47,956 bases of DNA from Octopus bimaculoides. Lineage: Eukaryota. Of the stretch, positions 20,326 through 33,195 are shown piece after piece. Made by a program: the position numbers and the translations under genes. The stretch's first letter is position 1. Each line of letters starts with the position of its first letter. The DNA is taken from the NCBI RefSeq assembly GCF_001194135.2, contig NC_068982.1, forward strand, positions 175,804,440 through 175,852,395. Reading direction: 5' to 3'. A model generated the notes under the pieces. That model was not told the origin of the DNA. It worked only from the letters and a program-made list of their open reading frames with translations, and made no database searches.

Positions 20326-20396
20326 GCTGCCCATGGGACTTGAACCTACATCTTCTGTAAACATGACAGACATTCTACCATTGGACTAAAGCACAC
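20326..20396 (-). pseudogene. tRNA-like pseudogene or isolated SINE head
   Basis: Reverse complement gtgtgctttagtccaatggtagaatgtctgtcatgtttacagaagatgtaggttcaagtcccatgggcagc, then tttt. A box TAGTCCAATGG, B box GGTTCAAGTCC, 5-bp stem TCTGT/ACAGA around 7-nt loop CATGTTT. Loop and acceptor stem are non-canonical. Confidence 0.55.
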
Positions 20397-21383
20397 TTTT
20401 AAATTTCTCTATTTTGGAAACTTTATTCTGACCATAAAAAGCACAATAAAGAGTGTGAGTTCATTGCTGTAGGTGACAGAGACAATGTAATCATTGCAAA
20501 TGTTTCTTTTTCATACACTACTTTATTCTGAGAGCCTCCAAATGAGTAGTGGCCATTGCAAAATTTGAATTTCACCAAAAAGCTGACAGGTAATGAAGTG
20601 ACTATTGAAGAAAAAAAAAAACTGGGTAGACTTTTGAAGTGTAGATACCAAGACAAAAGATAAAGTGATGGCATACAGGGTAGGGGCTCTCTCTCTGCAT
20701 TTTTTGTTTATTTTAAGTCTTAAAAATGTAATACATGAGCTTGACATTGATAGGATCTGAGGTCACAGCTGTGCAGTATCAAATTAGATACAGCAAAGCT
20801 AGATATCCTACACAATCACATCATTCATATTTTTCACACAGAATTATGATCAGTCCAGTCTCTAGTCACATTCAGATAAATATATGGTGTTAATACTTTT
20901 GACTATTACATCACAGTCTGTAAGAGGTAAATAACAGACGAATTTTAAGAATATTTAAACTCCTGAAGCATATGTATTGTCTGGGCCATTCTTATTTGCC
21001 CCCATAGTTTGGAATATCATTTCTGCTCATGGTTTACAATCCAAATGCTACTAAAAATAAATGCATGTCTGAGATATGAAAAGAAGTCTTAAATTGCATA
21101 CCCTTATGCTCAAATTCCTGTACACTAATATGGAGCTACTGAACTGCTGCACACTTTTGTTTATTAGAATACCTCACAAAATATGCATTCCATATAGAGA
21201 TTCATATTTAACCTCAGGTGACAACTGAACATTACAACAATGTATCAGTAACTGTGCAATATTGCTACCATGTGCCTTTAATAGAAAAAAGCCATGGGAG
21301 GTTATTTCAAATGCATTTTAGTCAGGTCATGAAAAAAAGTTCTTGTAATGCAATTTTTTTTCTTTTCTTTTTATTATTCATTG

Positions 21384-21421
<38 letters not shown>

Positions 21422-22051
21422 CATTGAATATAAAATGCCAATTCTTTCCAAATTGTAATGATCCATAAGTCCTGCTGCTTATCTCTAGTTTTTGTAGTGT
21501 TATAAAGATGAATAAACTCCTTCTGGGTAAAGTGCTGGTCTGTTACAGGCATTTTCTCCACTTGCACCCCACAAAAGAAGCTTAATTCAGCACAGCAAGT
21601 TAATGTACCACTCTATACTTGCTTGAATATGATTTATTTGTTTGAAAAATTGCTTTTTACAACTGCATACCCTTCTTACTGACAGCCTCTCGGCTTTAGA
21701 GTATATATAGAACTTGCGTTTTGTTCTCCTGGACAAACCAAATGAAGAAGAGCTCGATACTTTTCTCAGGATATTACACAATGACAGTAGTAAAGTCTAA
21801 ACTTATGAAAATGTTGCCAGTATTCCAGCAAACAGATGTCTTTCCACAGCAATAATTTAGCTCTTGTCTGTGAACAAGTTTATATAAGAGAGATTATAGA
21901 ATCAATATCCCTTCATATACAAGGTTCCTTTTTGGTTTTGTAATTCATATGTAAGGCAAGGTTGTATCACTTGTTTTGCATTTCAAACAACCCTTATTGT
22001 ATATTTCTGATACAACAGCAGAATGTCTCTAATATTCTAGTTAGGTTAGGT

Positions 22052-22131
<80 letters not shown>

Positions 22132-22759
22132 GATAAATGTTGCCTCATTTTTGTCATGAAAGTTTATACATCAGGGATGATGGGACACTTGTTGTTTTCA
22201 GGAGACTAAGTATGGAACTTTCAATCAATTCCCACAAACATTAAATGTAAGTAAAATGAAACAGTCATCTTAAAACTGAATTGAGGTCACAAGTTTGATC
22301 TGTCAGTTGATTACTGCTTAGTCAATATCACTTACCCAAGCATAAAATACAAACATTAAATGTTTGACTATGTATTTCAGAAATGTGTGATGTGTGAAAT
22401 AAAGAAATGTTTAGTTTCATTTGTATCATGTAACCTCAATATAGAAGCAAAGAGGCCAAGAGTGTAAAGTACCAAGTAACTCGTAGCAAATATGATAACT
22501 TTAAATTAACTGCAACCATCCGGTAGTTTTATTTTGCAGTATACTTATACTACTTTCTCTCAGCTGTCTTAGTTGCATGCGATAGGTACCCGATCACCTG
22601 ATATTACCTGAAATAGAATAGTATCTCTCTTATCCAAGGGGAGATTTGTTCTTTCATCTGCTTATTACCATGACACGAGGACTAAACACTGGTCTTTAAA
22701 AGCTTAGATAACATTTACCTTTTTATTGCAACTTACAATGTTACTACTAGTGGCTTTTA

Positions 22760-23125
22760 CATAGTCACTGAACCTGCTAAAAATAGAAGCCTAATCTTGC
22801 TTAAAACAACAGACACAATGGAAAAACACTGATAGCCTTTCAACTCTTTCATTGCTAGGATACTTTTGATCACAGGCCTGCTCAATCAGGATTTATTTGG
22901 GACTAAGCAACAAAAATCCAACAGTATTAAGAGCCAACAAAGAAGTTTATGCACGGGTTTTCAACTTGCTAGATAAAGTGGCCATATTTTTCTCAAATCA
23001 CACAATACAATCTTTAAAAAAAGAAAGCTACACTGAATAATGTAGTCTTAGATACACTATAGTTGACTAAAATGAGGTGGTCATGGGTGAAACACTTTTG
23101 ATCATAGATCTACCTGTGTGATAGA
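22760..23125 (+). mobile_element. Two copies of interspersed repeat family E
   Basis: Motifs gctagataaagtggccatatt...tcaaatcacac...gtcttagatacact...ggtcatgg...ttgatcata recur; other copies near 12760 (-), 26450 (-) and 40045. Confidence 0.55.
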
Positions 23126-25296
23126 CTTAATCTGTCAGTTGGTTTAGCACCACTATTTGGTTCTTTGTTCTTTTAGCTGAAGTTGACTCACTTTTAAGCT
23201 TTCACGGATAGCCCAAGTCTGAAAATAACTTCTCTAAGAGTTCTCAAAAGGCCTGAAAAGAGTCATGGGCACTGCATTTCCCCTTCTGATTAAACTTTAA
23301 AAAAAACAAAAAAAAACACAGAAGTGAACTGAAACTAATCAACAATTACTAATACTAAAACATGGTTCTCCACCAATTAATCTCTGTACACAAAGTTTGA
23401 AATTCTTACAGTCAACTTTCATTGTCAAACCTTAGTTCCTTCACTCCTTTCCAGCTTCAGATGTTGCAGGATAATGTTCATCTTGTATACACTATGTTTA
23501 GATTTCCCAAAGGGAGCTAACCATTTTCTTTGACCATCTGTCACTTTTGTGCATTGCCAATAGCCAAACCAGTAAACAAAACTATCTAATGAACTTCTCA
23601 ACATCAAATAGTAAAAAAAAATGGGCTAAGTTTAAACACAACATTGCAATTTCTTAAAACAATTAATCAATCAATTATACATTGTCCACACATCTCACAG
23701 CATTAAACTATAACTTCATCATGGTAATTATTTCCTGCATTAGAGATTGAATTAAACCACTTTGGCAAGTCATTGATTCAATACAGTGCTACTGACAAGA
23801 TGTAACCAGTGTTGACCTTGTTAACACCTTATCAATATGACTAGCAGTAAATATTATAAGGTTCTTGAGAACAGTGACAAGACACCAGTCCAAATCAAGT
23901 CTATGAAATTTGTATCTTCCTGGTGTGTACTATGAGAGAACAGATAGCCAGGTGGGAGGCTAACAATTCATATCATGTCCTTGATACTACTTTATGTCTA
24001 TGGAAAAAAAATGGTATTTATTTCTTTAAATCTAAATTTAACTAGATTAGATAAAGTTTGGTACTACTTTGGCATGTGATCTACAACTTAAAGGGCTATT
24101 ACTTTAGGTTACCTTTTAGTTTACTTTTCAATTCTTAAAAACCCTTAAAATATTCTTGTATTTCTAGTAGATGTTCACTCAATTCAGTGATAAAATTATT
24201 CAAATTTGTATTTCATTTTTATTATCAAATTGCCATTCAAATTTTTTATAAATTCTTTTGTATGTATTTAGCATTGTAAATGTATTTTTTCAAAATTCTT
24301 ACTATTTTAATAATAATAAAACCATGTTTCATTTATGCCTTAGTAAATAATAATAAGAAATCAAGAATAAACAACATAATAATTAAAATAAGCACATAAA
24401 TGACACAAGTTTGGCATCTCATTGCTGATCACACTGTAAAAATCTTTAGCCAACATCTTAAAGGCTTTTAGAGATTGAAAAGTAAACTAAAAAGTAACCT
24501 AAAGTAATCACCCTTTAAATTGTAGATGACATGCCAAAGTAACACCTAAAGTTCTTAGAGTAATATAGTTCAGCAATACAGGGTCCCAGAAGCTGTAATG
24601 AGGAGAAACATTCAAGAGTGTGTAGAAGCCTATAAATAGCACACACGGGGCTTGGAATGAATAGCCACAATCTTGAGTGCAGGAGCACAACTTCTTTCTA
24701 ACACCACTACTATACCCTTCATTATGATAATTATAACTAATGTGAAATATATCATTACAATGTACTTATTGTCGTTTCTGTACCTATGTCTTCATACACA
24801 CATACACACACACACACATAGGCTTTCCATCATCACAAATAACAATCACATGCCCCCCCCCCCATACACACACAAACACTGTACTCCTTATCATGAGACT
24901 TACAAGCAATAACCAGGTGAACTTTATCTTTTTGTCATGAAGTGTATTTTAGAATCTGCTGAAACCATGTTAGATTAAAATTAATATTCTGCAGTGGGAT
25001 GGGACATAGTGAGTAAGTTAAAGGTCACAAAAACTAGGTTTATGAAAATGTCCCAAGTCCATGTTATGCTTATTTAAAATCAAGGGCAATGGAGAACTTG
25101 GTTTTCAGAGGTGAAAATAAATCTCTCTTGCAAAGTATCCAACAATGATCAACCATAAGAGCAGAAATTTTTAAGGATCACATGCAGTCAATTGCACTGA
25201 GCTCATAACTTATTAATCTCACAGAAAGATGAGAAGCAAAAACCAACTCAAATTTGATTTAAACTCAGAATATGAGAGAACAAGACTGCTAGACAT

Positions 25297-25523
25297 TTAA
25301 TCCTTTAGTATTCATTAGTCATATCAGGCCCAGATATTCTGCCAGTTTTATGTTCAAACTGGAGAGATCAGGCCTCTCACACCTACCCTATGATGTCATT
25401 CTAAAAAATAAACAATCGTGTCATTAAAATCTCAAAGCTATGAGATAATGTATGATTATTTCAAAACAACGTGAATAGATAAGCATTACATTTGAGAGAG
25501 TAATCTGAACGCAAAAGGGTTAA
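25297..25523. mobile_element. TTAA-flanked MITE (piggyBac-like)
   Basis: TTAA|TCCTTTAGTATTCA ... TGAACGCAAAAGGG|TTAA; 219 bp, non-coding. Confidence 0.7.
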
Positions 25524-28500
25524 TCCAAATTTAATCCATTTTTGTCACTCCTTTCCCTTTTCTAATAATAATCATTATAAAAAGGATTTGTAACTTTAGA
25601 GCAATAATTCCATACATGTTGTGGACTTGTACTTATTTTATCAATCTGCCACGTGGATGAAAGGCAACCTTGACGTAATGGGATTTGAACCCTAAACATA
25701 AAGATCTAAAACTAAATACTGTAAAGAATGTAGTCTAATACTCTAGACTTTCTGTAATATTTTCTTTCTTAATCATATGAGCATTAGCAGTATGTTTCAA
25801 AAGTTCTTTGCTTCCTTTACTTAAACATTTGTCATATATATAAATTTATGTATATATATATATATATATACACACATATGTGCACACACACACACACAAC
25901 TCTGCCAAAACATTTACCAGCTCAAGTAGCAAAGCTGCTTGTTACCCTTTTACTTGTCTAGCTGTCTGTGTGTACCTGTGCTTCTGTCTAATCATAGACC
26001 TGCCCCAGCTGACAAATGATCTACTTGAATAATGTTATCTACCTGTCTATCAACCTAGCTAACCAATCTTCCTAGCCATTTTTCTATCTATCATCTGTTA
26101 GTTCAGTCACTCTTTCTTCAAACTTAAATTTCTCTGACTTGCCTAACCATTTATTTGTCTAGTGTCTGTCTGATCAGTTGTCTTACTCGGGGTGAAGAAT
26201 GGACGATGTGAGCTGAGTGAAGATGTATTAGATGATAGTGGATGTTAGTTGAAACTGATAGAGTTTGTGCTTCATTTTTGAACATGTATTAAGAATGAGT
26301 AAAAACTAATTGGTCAATACATTCAATATGAAACCACTGAATGTTTACTTCAATGTCTACTTTCAAACAGTGTTGCGATTTAGAGAAGTCAAATTTAAAG
26401 AGATTTATCATCAAAAAACATTCTATCCATAATCATTTTTTAAGAGGAGGTATCTTGGACTACATTAACAACCCTTGCTGATGATTAGATGCCAACTGAA
26501 TGAGACTTAGCTGCTATTGCTAGCAGGTTGAGCAACGTAGTAAAGATACCTACATTTGCTTGCCTTCAAACATTGCTTCCCTCCCAGATCTTTTTGTCAC
26601 ACCAGGCTTCATTAATTTTCGTTTCATTACAATAAACTATAGTGCTTATGAGAGAGAGAGGGGGGGGGAGAGACAGACAGACAGACAGACAGGCATAGCA
26701 ACCGAATCTCTTTTTAAAAAACTGTATGTTCCTTTCAATACCAATCCATCTGAAATNNNNNNNNNNCCGCCTCATCATAACTCTTAATAAGAACTTTTAG
26801 TTAAGATAGATTCCAAATACCTTATAGTTAGATATCAATGAAGTTGACTTCCTCCAAATTTTGATTATTTTCATTAGAAATACCATCACAAAAAGTTTTT
26901 AAGTCCAAAATTTTAGAAGAACATCTCTTTATATTAGAAAGTAGAATGGCTACAAATATAAAAAACTAATGGAATCATTTACTCAATCAGCTACATTATC
27001 AGAGCTTTCCAACAATTTTACTTCTTCCAAAGAGCCTAGCTGGGTTTCTGCTTTAACTCTATTTCTCAGTAATATATATATATATAAAATATCAAGCTAA
27101 GTATCTATAATGGTTAAGTCTAGAAACATAAAGAGTTTATTTTTCTACTGCTTACAGTTTCACATCCATTTTCTATTCTCTAATGGGCAGGATGTACTTC
27201 ATTTTTTTTTTTTTTTGCAAATTTATGTAATACTCAACCATACCTACATTTACATATTCCCCAGCAACTGTCAGTTTTTGTAGTTTAATATCCTATTTAG
27301 TGATGATAACTACACAACTGTGAAATAGAAATGGTCTAACTTACTTCAGCAGTCAAATAAAATGTTATGTTACTTAACCAATGCTACAACACAATAACTA
27401 TAGTAAAATTAAGATTTGAACTCATAACCATGTTTTCAGCAGCTTAGCACTTAGACCACACTGCCATTAAACTTCACTATAAAAACTGTTATTCACAGTT
27501 TATTTATAGACTCACTAAGGTATTAAAGGAAAAGAAAATATTTTCCAAAATTTTAACATTTATTTTCATTGTTAAAATGTTTAGAAATGGTTAAATTTAA
27601 GTCCAGATTTCAATTCATTATATTACAAGGTATTTACTTAATCAATGTATCTGGATTACATTATAGGTGGCAATATAACCCACAAGAATTCAGTCTTACA
27701 TTTAGATAGCTAACCAGAATCATTCAAAGTCATCATCTCACATTTAAACATCTGGTTTGTTTTCTCAAAGATAGATGTCCCTTCCTTACACCAACCACTT
27801 TATAGGTTATACTAAGTGCATTTTCTGCAGCCAGGAAAAATGGCAAACCCGTCGTTATATGTGCAAGAACTGGGAATCATAATGAAAAATGATGCGCCAT
27901 TTTAGGTGGTAAAAGTGTGTGAAAAAACTGGTAAGATGGAGCTTGTGAACAAGTCATGCTGATCCTATAAAAGATTTTTTTTTTTTTTCAGTTATTTGGA
28001 TTGTTGCTCTTCGCTATGATCCTCTCATTGTGTCAAGTTCACTACTGAAAAGAAAAATTTCAAAGTCCTACACTGAGAATATTGCCTCAGTGCAGCAGTT
28101 GAATTACTGGAAGTGAATTGAAAGGTTAAGACCAACTGGATCAAAGAAGAAAAATATATTTAGTAACAAACGAGCAGTAATTCATATTTGGAAAATATTA
28201 GAGGGACTTTGTGGACTAGGAGTTATGAAAATCATTAAACAAGATGCCTTGGCATGGTGCCAAGAGTTTTGTCTCAAGGTAAGATACTGCAATAGCTTAG
28301 AATTCAAAGAAACACAGCTCTTCAAAAGCATCTTCCAAAACACAAGCTATCTACATAAAATAAATGCCTACAAATTCAAACATTGTGTTGTAAATACTAA
28401 GATCTCAGATGAACCTGGATATAGTAAGAATCACACATGAGGACAACAATAACAAACACCCTATTTAACAGTATACTAGACACAAAATGAAGGCTTTGGT

Positions 28501-28989
28501 AATGTTAGCAACAGCACTAGATGCCACACTCAACTTACAGTAAACAGTGAGGTAGATAGGTCAATAGATATATAGAGGGATAGACAGACAAAGAGAAAAT
28601 AACAGAGAGAGATATTATTCCACTTAGCTACCCGTCTCATTTTTCTTTACAACAGTATTATAGCAAAGCAACATTTCTTGGTGAGATTCTGCAACTAGAG
28701 GATCTTGACACAGTGGGTAGTTACCACTACAGGTAATATATTTTAGAGAGGAACATTACAATTTATATTAAGCATACTAAAGTACAGCTTAACTGCACTT
28801 TTGAATATACTATTTCACCTTTTCACTAACCTGAAGATGTTTGTTGAGTTATGTTTCAGATAACATTCTTACATATGCATAATTCCTTAAACTATATATG
28901 TGAGTGTGAATGAGTACATGTGAGAATGTGTAAACATATGTACGCATACAGTGTGTGCATATATATGTATACATATATGTATATATATA

Positions 28990-29157
28990 TTCTTTTATAT
29001 TCTTTTACTTGTTTCAGTCATTTGATTGCAGCCATGCTGAAGCACCACCTTTAAATCGAAAATATCAATCCCAGAATTTATTCTTTGTAAGCCTAGTACT
29101 TATTCTATTGTTCTCCTTTGTTGAACTGCTAAGTTACAGGGACATAAACACACCAAC

Positions 29158-29198
<41 letters not shown>

Positions 29199-29624
29199 NN
29201 NNNNNNNNNNNNNNNNNNNNNNNNNNNNNNNNNNNNNNNNNNNNNNNNNNNNNNNNNNNNNNNNNNNNNNNNNNNNNNNNNNNNNNNNNNNNNNNNNNNN
29301 NNNNNNNNNNNNNNNNNNNNNNNNNNNNNNNNNNNNNNNNNNNNNNNNNNNNNNNNNNNNNNNNNNNNNNNNNNNNNNNNNNNNNNNNNNNNNNNNNNNN
29401 NNNNNNNNNNNNNNNNNNNNNNNNAAAACGGCCACGCTCGAAATGGTGTCTTTTATGTGCCACCCGCACAAGCCAGTCCAGGGGCACTGGCAACGATCTC
29501 GCTCGAAAATCCTACAGGAGCCAGTCAGGCGGTACTGGCAACGGCCACGCTCAAAATGGTGCATCTCATGTGCCACCCGCACAAGAACCAGTCCAGGGGC
29601 ACTGGCAACGATCTTACTTGGCTT

Positions 29625-29662
<38 letters not shown>

Positions 29663-29820
29663 CAGGCATTTTTTCGGGTTCCATCTACCAAATCTACTCA
29701 CAAGGCTTTGGTCAGCCCAATGCTATAGTGGAAGATATCTGTCCAAGGTGCCATGCAGTGGGACTGAACCCAGAACCATGTGGTAGGGAAGCAAGTTTCT
29801 TACCATACAGCCACTCCTTG
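28990..29820 (-). mobile_element. SINE family A split at its internal (AT)n by a gap and an RTE 3' UTR fragment
   Basis: Body and tail at 28990-29160, head at 29660-29820, same strand and order as 17875-18254. Confidence 0.8.
29425..29625 (-). mobile_element. RTE 3' UTR minisatellite fragment (113-bp higher-order unit)
   Basis: cggccacgctc(g/a)aaatggtg...atgtgccacccgcacaag...ccagtccaggggcactggcaacgatct repeated with period 113. Confidence 0.75.
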
Positions 29821-29886
29821 TGCATATATATATATCATATATAGAGGTATATATGTACATATATGTGAATGTATATAGATATACAA

Positions 29887-30190
29887 ATATTATCATCATC
29901 ACTTAACGTCCATTGTCCATGCTGGCATGAGTTAGACAGTTTGATCAGGGCTGGTAAGCAGAGGGGCTGCACCAGACTCCAGTCTGATTTGGCATGGTTT
30001 CTACAGTTGGATGCCCTTCTTAATGCTAACCACACGAAAAGTGTAATGGGTGCTTTAATGTGCCACTTGCATAACACCAATATCTGCTACAATTACACTA
30101 TCACTTGGCTTGATGGGTCTTCTTCTCAAGCACAGCATATTGCCAAATGTCTCGGTCATCAGTCATTGCCTCCATGAGGCCCATCACTTG
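29887..30190 (-). mobile_element. RTE LINE 3' end (ORF2 terminus plus shortened UTR)
   Basis: gggtcttcttctcaagcacagcatattgccaaatgtctcgg is the reverse complement of the RDLW.YAVLEKT end; tail catcacttaacgtcc. Confidence 0.8.
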
Positions 30191-30459
30191 AAATGTGTGT
30201 GTGTGTGTGTGTGTTATATTTGTAGGTGGTCATTTTTTACCAATTAAACACACACACGATATATTTGATCTTCACATTATAATTATTATTATTATTAGCT
30301 CATGTGTCAGAGCTCTTTCATTACACAGTTTGTGACATCTTCAGCAACTTTCTGCTCCTTGTGCCTTCTTTTAACCTGTCAAGACGAGACACAAGGAGAA
30401 ATGAGGGACAAGAGGTGACACAAGGGACCAAAAGTTTCTGAAAGAGGTTACAGAATGTG

Positions 30460-30497
30460 ATGAAAGAACTCTGAAAATGAACTGCCAGCTTGTCACC

Positions 30498-30554
<57 letters not shown>

Positions 30555-30752
30555 GTTTCAAATTTTGACAAAAAGGCCAGCAATATTGGGGAATAAGGTA
30601 CGTCAATTACATTGACTCTAGTATCCGACTGGTACTTATTTTATCAACACCAAAAGGATAACAGGCATTCGAACTCAGAATGTAGATTGGGACAAAATGC
30701 TTAGTGATATTTTGTCTGGCATGCTAACAATTCTACCAGCTTGTCACCTTAA
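30460..30752 (-). mobile_element. SINE family B tandem pair separated by a long (AAT)n
   Basis: ccagcttgtcaccttaataataat occurs at 30485 and 30737; (AAT)n at 30499-30552. Confidence 0.75.
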
Positions 30753-30944
30753 TAATAATAATAATGATATATACACATACACACACACACACATGAGGTA
30801 GAAGGTTATAATTATGCTACAACCTCTAAGATAGACAACACTCAGCATAGATTATTTCTAGAGTAGAAATTTATTGTAGGAATTGGACAGTCAAGTGACT
30901 CGCAGTCATCAGTCATCTCATCTTGGCTGATGGGAATATACAAC

Positions 30945-31174
30945 TTAACCCTTTCGTTACCGTATTTCTGTTGAGGTGTTCTGTGTTTCTTTCAATTACT
31001 TTAAATATAACAAAAGAATTTAGCAAAATAACTAAGTTATCATTAAGCTAGTGTTAGAAACATAAATTGTGGCTAAGGTTTGGTGGAAGATTTTAACTCA
31101 AAACTTATAAAAACAAGACATTTGTACTACAGAGCCAGAGGCAGTTTCGTCCGGGTTGGTATTGAAAGACTTAA
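30945..31174. mobile_element. TTAA-flanked MITE (piggyBac-like), second family
   Basis: TTAA|CCCTTTCGTTACC ... GGTATTGAAAGAC|TTAA; 222 bp. Confidence 0.7.
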
Positions 31175-31554
31175 GCAAAATTCTCAATAATTCTTTTCCG
31201 TTGAACATTCTGGCCAACAGTAAACAAATACAATGGAAAAAGGAACAACATTTTCCATACACTCTTCTAACGTCTATTACCACCCTTCCTGTTCTTCTGT
31301 ACTCTCTTATTCACCTTGTAGCTTGAAAGCTCAGGCTACCATCTTACCATGCTTATCTCTCCTCCACCTTCACTTTGATTACTCCCAACTGATTGAATAC
31401 TCTTATGTAAAGTGAATTACTATATGCCACTCAAATACCATGAAACCTCTTTCAGCTGTTTCTTTTGATACTCTAACTTCTCATCACCTAGCATAAAACA
31501 GCTTCCCGTCTCTACTGTGGTCCTACTCAGTTCAATGGGAGCTTAGTTTTGTAA

Positions 31555-31772
31555 TCTACATGACCTTCCTATTGTTGGTTTCATATGAAAAGCATCTTGC
31601 ACACCCTGTCAAATGGTTGGCATTAGGAAAGACATCCAGCTGTAGAAACCAAGCCAAAATATATTATGGAACCTGGTGCAGCCCCTGGTCTTGCCAGCTT
31701 GTGTCAAGTCATCTAACCCATGCCAGCATGGAAAGTGGACATTGAATGATGATGATGATGATGAAACGCACA
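31555..31772 (+). mobile_element. RTE 3' terminal fragment
   Basis: ggcattaggaaagacatccagctgtagaaacc...cccatgccagcatggaaagtggacattgaatgatgatgatg. Confidence 0.75.
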
Positions 31773-31812
31773 TATATATACAAAGACATTGCAATAGAAA
31801 ATGGATATCCCT

Positions 31813-31854
<42 letters not shown>

Positions 31855-31959
31855 TCATGATCATTTAACATACATCTTCTATGTGGAGAGTAAAGGATGA
31901 TATTGATGTATATAAGTATATATACATTTGTACAGAGACATATGTATATATGTTTGGAT

Positions 31960-32520
31960 GGTGATTTTTACGTGCCACAGGCACAGGAGCCAGTCAGGCA
32001 ACACTGGCATTGACTACATTTGGAAGATGCATTTTACATGTCACTGGAATGGGAGCCAGTCAAGGGGCACTGGCTACAGCAGCGATTTTGGTTTTACATG
32101 ACTCAACAGGTCTTCTCAAGCATATCATATCACCCAATGCATCAAGGGTACTTCTAAACAGGCCGGACATGCAACACTGGTATGAGCCATGGCTGCGATC
32201 TCACTTTAGTTGCTGGGTCTTCTCAATCACAGCATATCTCCAAAGGTCTCTATCTCCTGACATTGCTTCTGTGAGGCCCAACGTTTGAAGGTCATGCTTC
32301 ACCATCTCATCCCTTAACTTCCTGGGTCTACCTCTTCCAGAGGTTCCTTCTAGAGTTAGGGAGTGGCACTTCCTCACACAGCTGTCCTCATCCATACGTA
32401 ACACATGATCATACCAATGCAGTCATCTCTCTTGCACACCACATTTGATGCTTCTTATGTCCAACTTTTCTCTCATGGCGCTTCCACTCTGTTGTGCATG
32501 CACACTGACATTACACATCC
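31960..32520 (-). mobile_element. RTE LINE ORF2 C-terminus contiguous with the minisatellite-bearing 3' UTR
   Basis: LRMDEDSCVRKCHSLTLEGTSGRGRPRK...DRDLWRYAVIEKTQQLK* followed by 66-bp units. Confidence 0.88.
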
Positions 32521-32534
32521 AGCGGATAAAACTA

Positions 32535-32690
32535 TCGTCATCATCATCATTTAGCGTCTACTGTCCATGCTGGCATGGGTTGGATGGTTTGACCAGGTCT
32601 AGCAAGCTAGTAGGCTACTTTTATGTGACATGGGCACAAAGGCCATTTGCATGACACCAGTATCTGCCACAACTATGATGTTACTTGGCT
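32535..32690 (-). mobile_element. RTE 3' terminal fragment, deleted
   Basis: tcatcatcatcatttagcgtctactgtccatgctggcatgggttggatggtttgacc. Confidence 0.65.
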
Positions 32691-32899
32691 GACAATACAA
32701 AAGTATCACCTGATAATAACAGAGTGAGTACAACAAGACCGGTACATACAAGTTGAATATTTATACAGATTTTTCCTTTCTCGAAATGTGTGTACATTTT
32801 TTGAGTGGACTCTGTATATGTGGAAGATTCTGGAAGGACCTGCTATACTAATCACTGAACTATATGTCACTGCATAGTAGCAAAAATCCCATCCTCTCC

Positions 32900-33195
32900 A
32901 TCTGGAATAAGGTTCAAGAACCCACTTTTCAATCCCTTGCTTAAAAAAAAAAACTCTCAGAAATCAATTAGGTGTATATGTGGACATGCTCAAAAACCAG
33001 ACAAATTTTTTATCTGAGATACCAATTGAACCTACTACATCACAGCAAGAAACGCAAAGAAGGGCTTCCTTATCTCACTCACTACTTCACCAGAATCAAT
33101 TCCAGAGAGACGGCTTGGAAATCAGTTTGAGATAAGGAAAAAGCAATCACACTAATGGCAATGCCCCAGCATGGTCACCCCCTCTGACTGAAATA
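32900..33195 (+). mobile_element. CR1-clade LINE 3' end, diverged
   Basis: gacaaattttttatctgagatacc and aatcacactaatggcaatgccccagcatggtcac...tgactgaaa align with 8846-9010. Confidence 0.65.

Noticed and set aside
21633-21800. Protein-like frame LLTDSLSALEYI*NLRFVLLDKPNEEELDTFLRIL (RNase H-like DSLSAL)
   Set aside because: Single short motif with stops and no surrounding domain support.
27830-27935. AG...GTAAGA-bounded candidate exon
   Set aside because: Stop codons in all three frames.
30300-30350. Minus-strand CTGAAGA...GAAAGAGCTCTG hammerhead-like motif
   Set aside because: Stem II does not pair, the cleavage triplet would end in G, and there is no stem I.
32720-32818. Tiny Tc1/mariner-like element (cagagtgag...gactctg TA)
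   Set aside because: TIR match is only about 6 bp and the TA is missing on the left; too weak.
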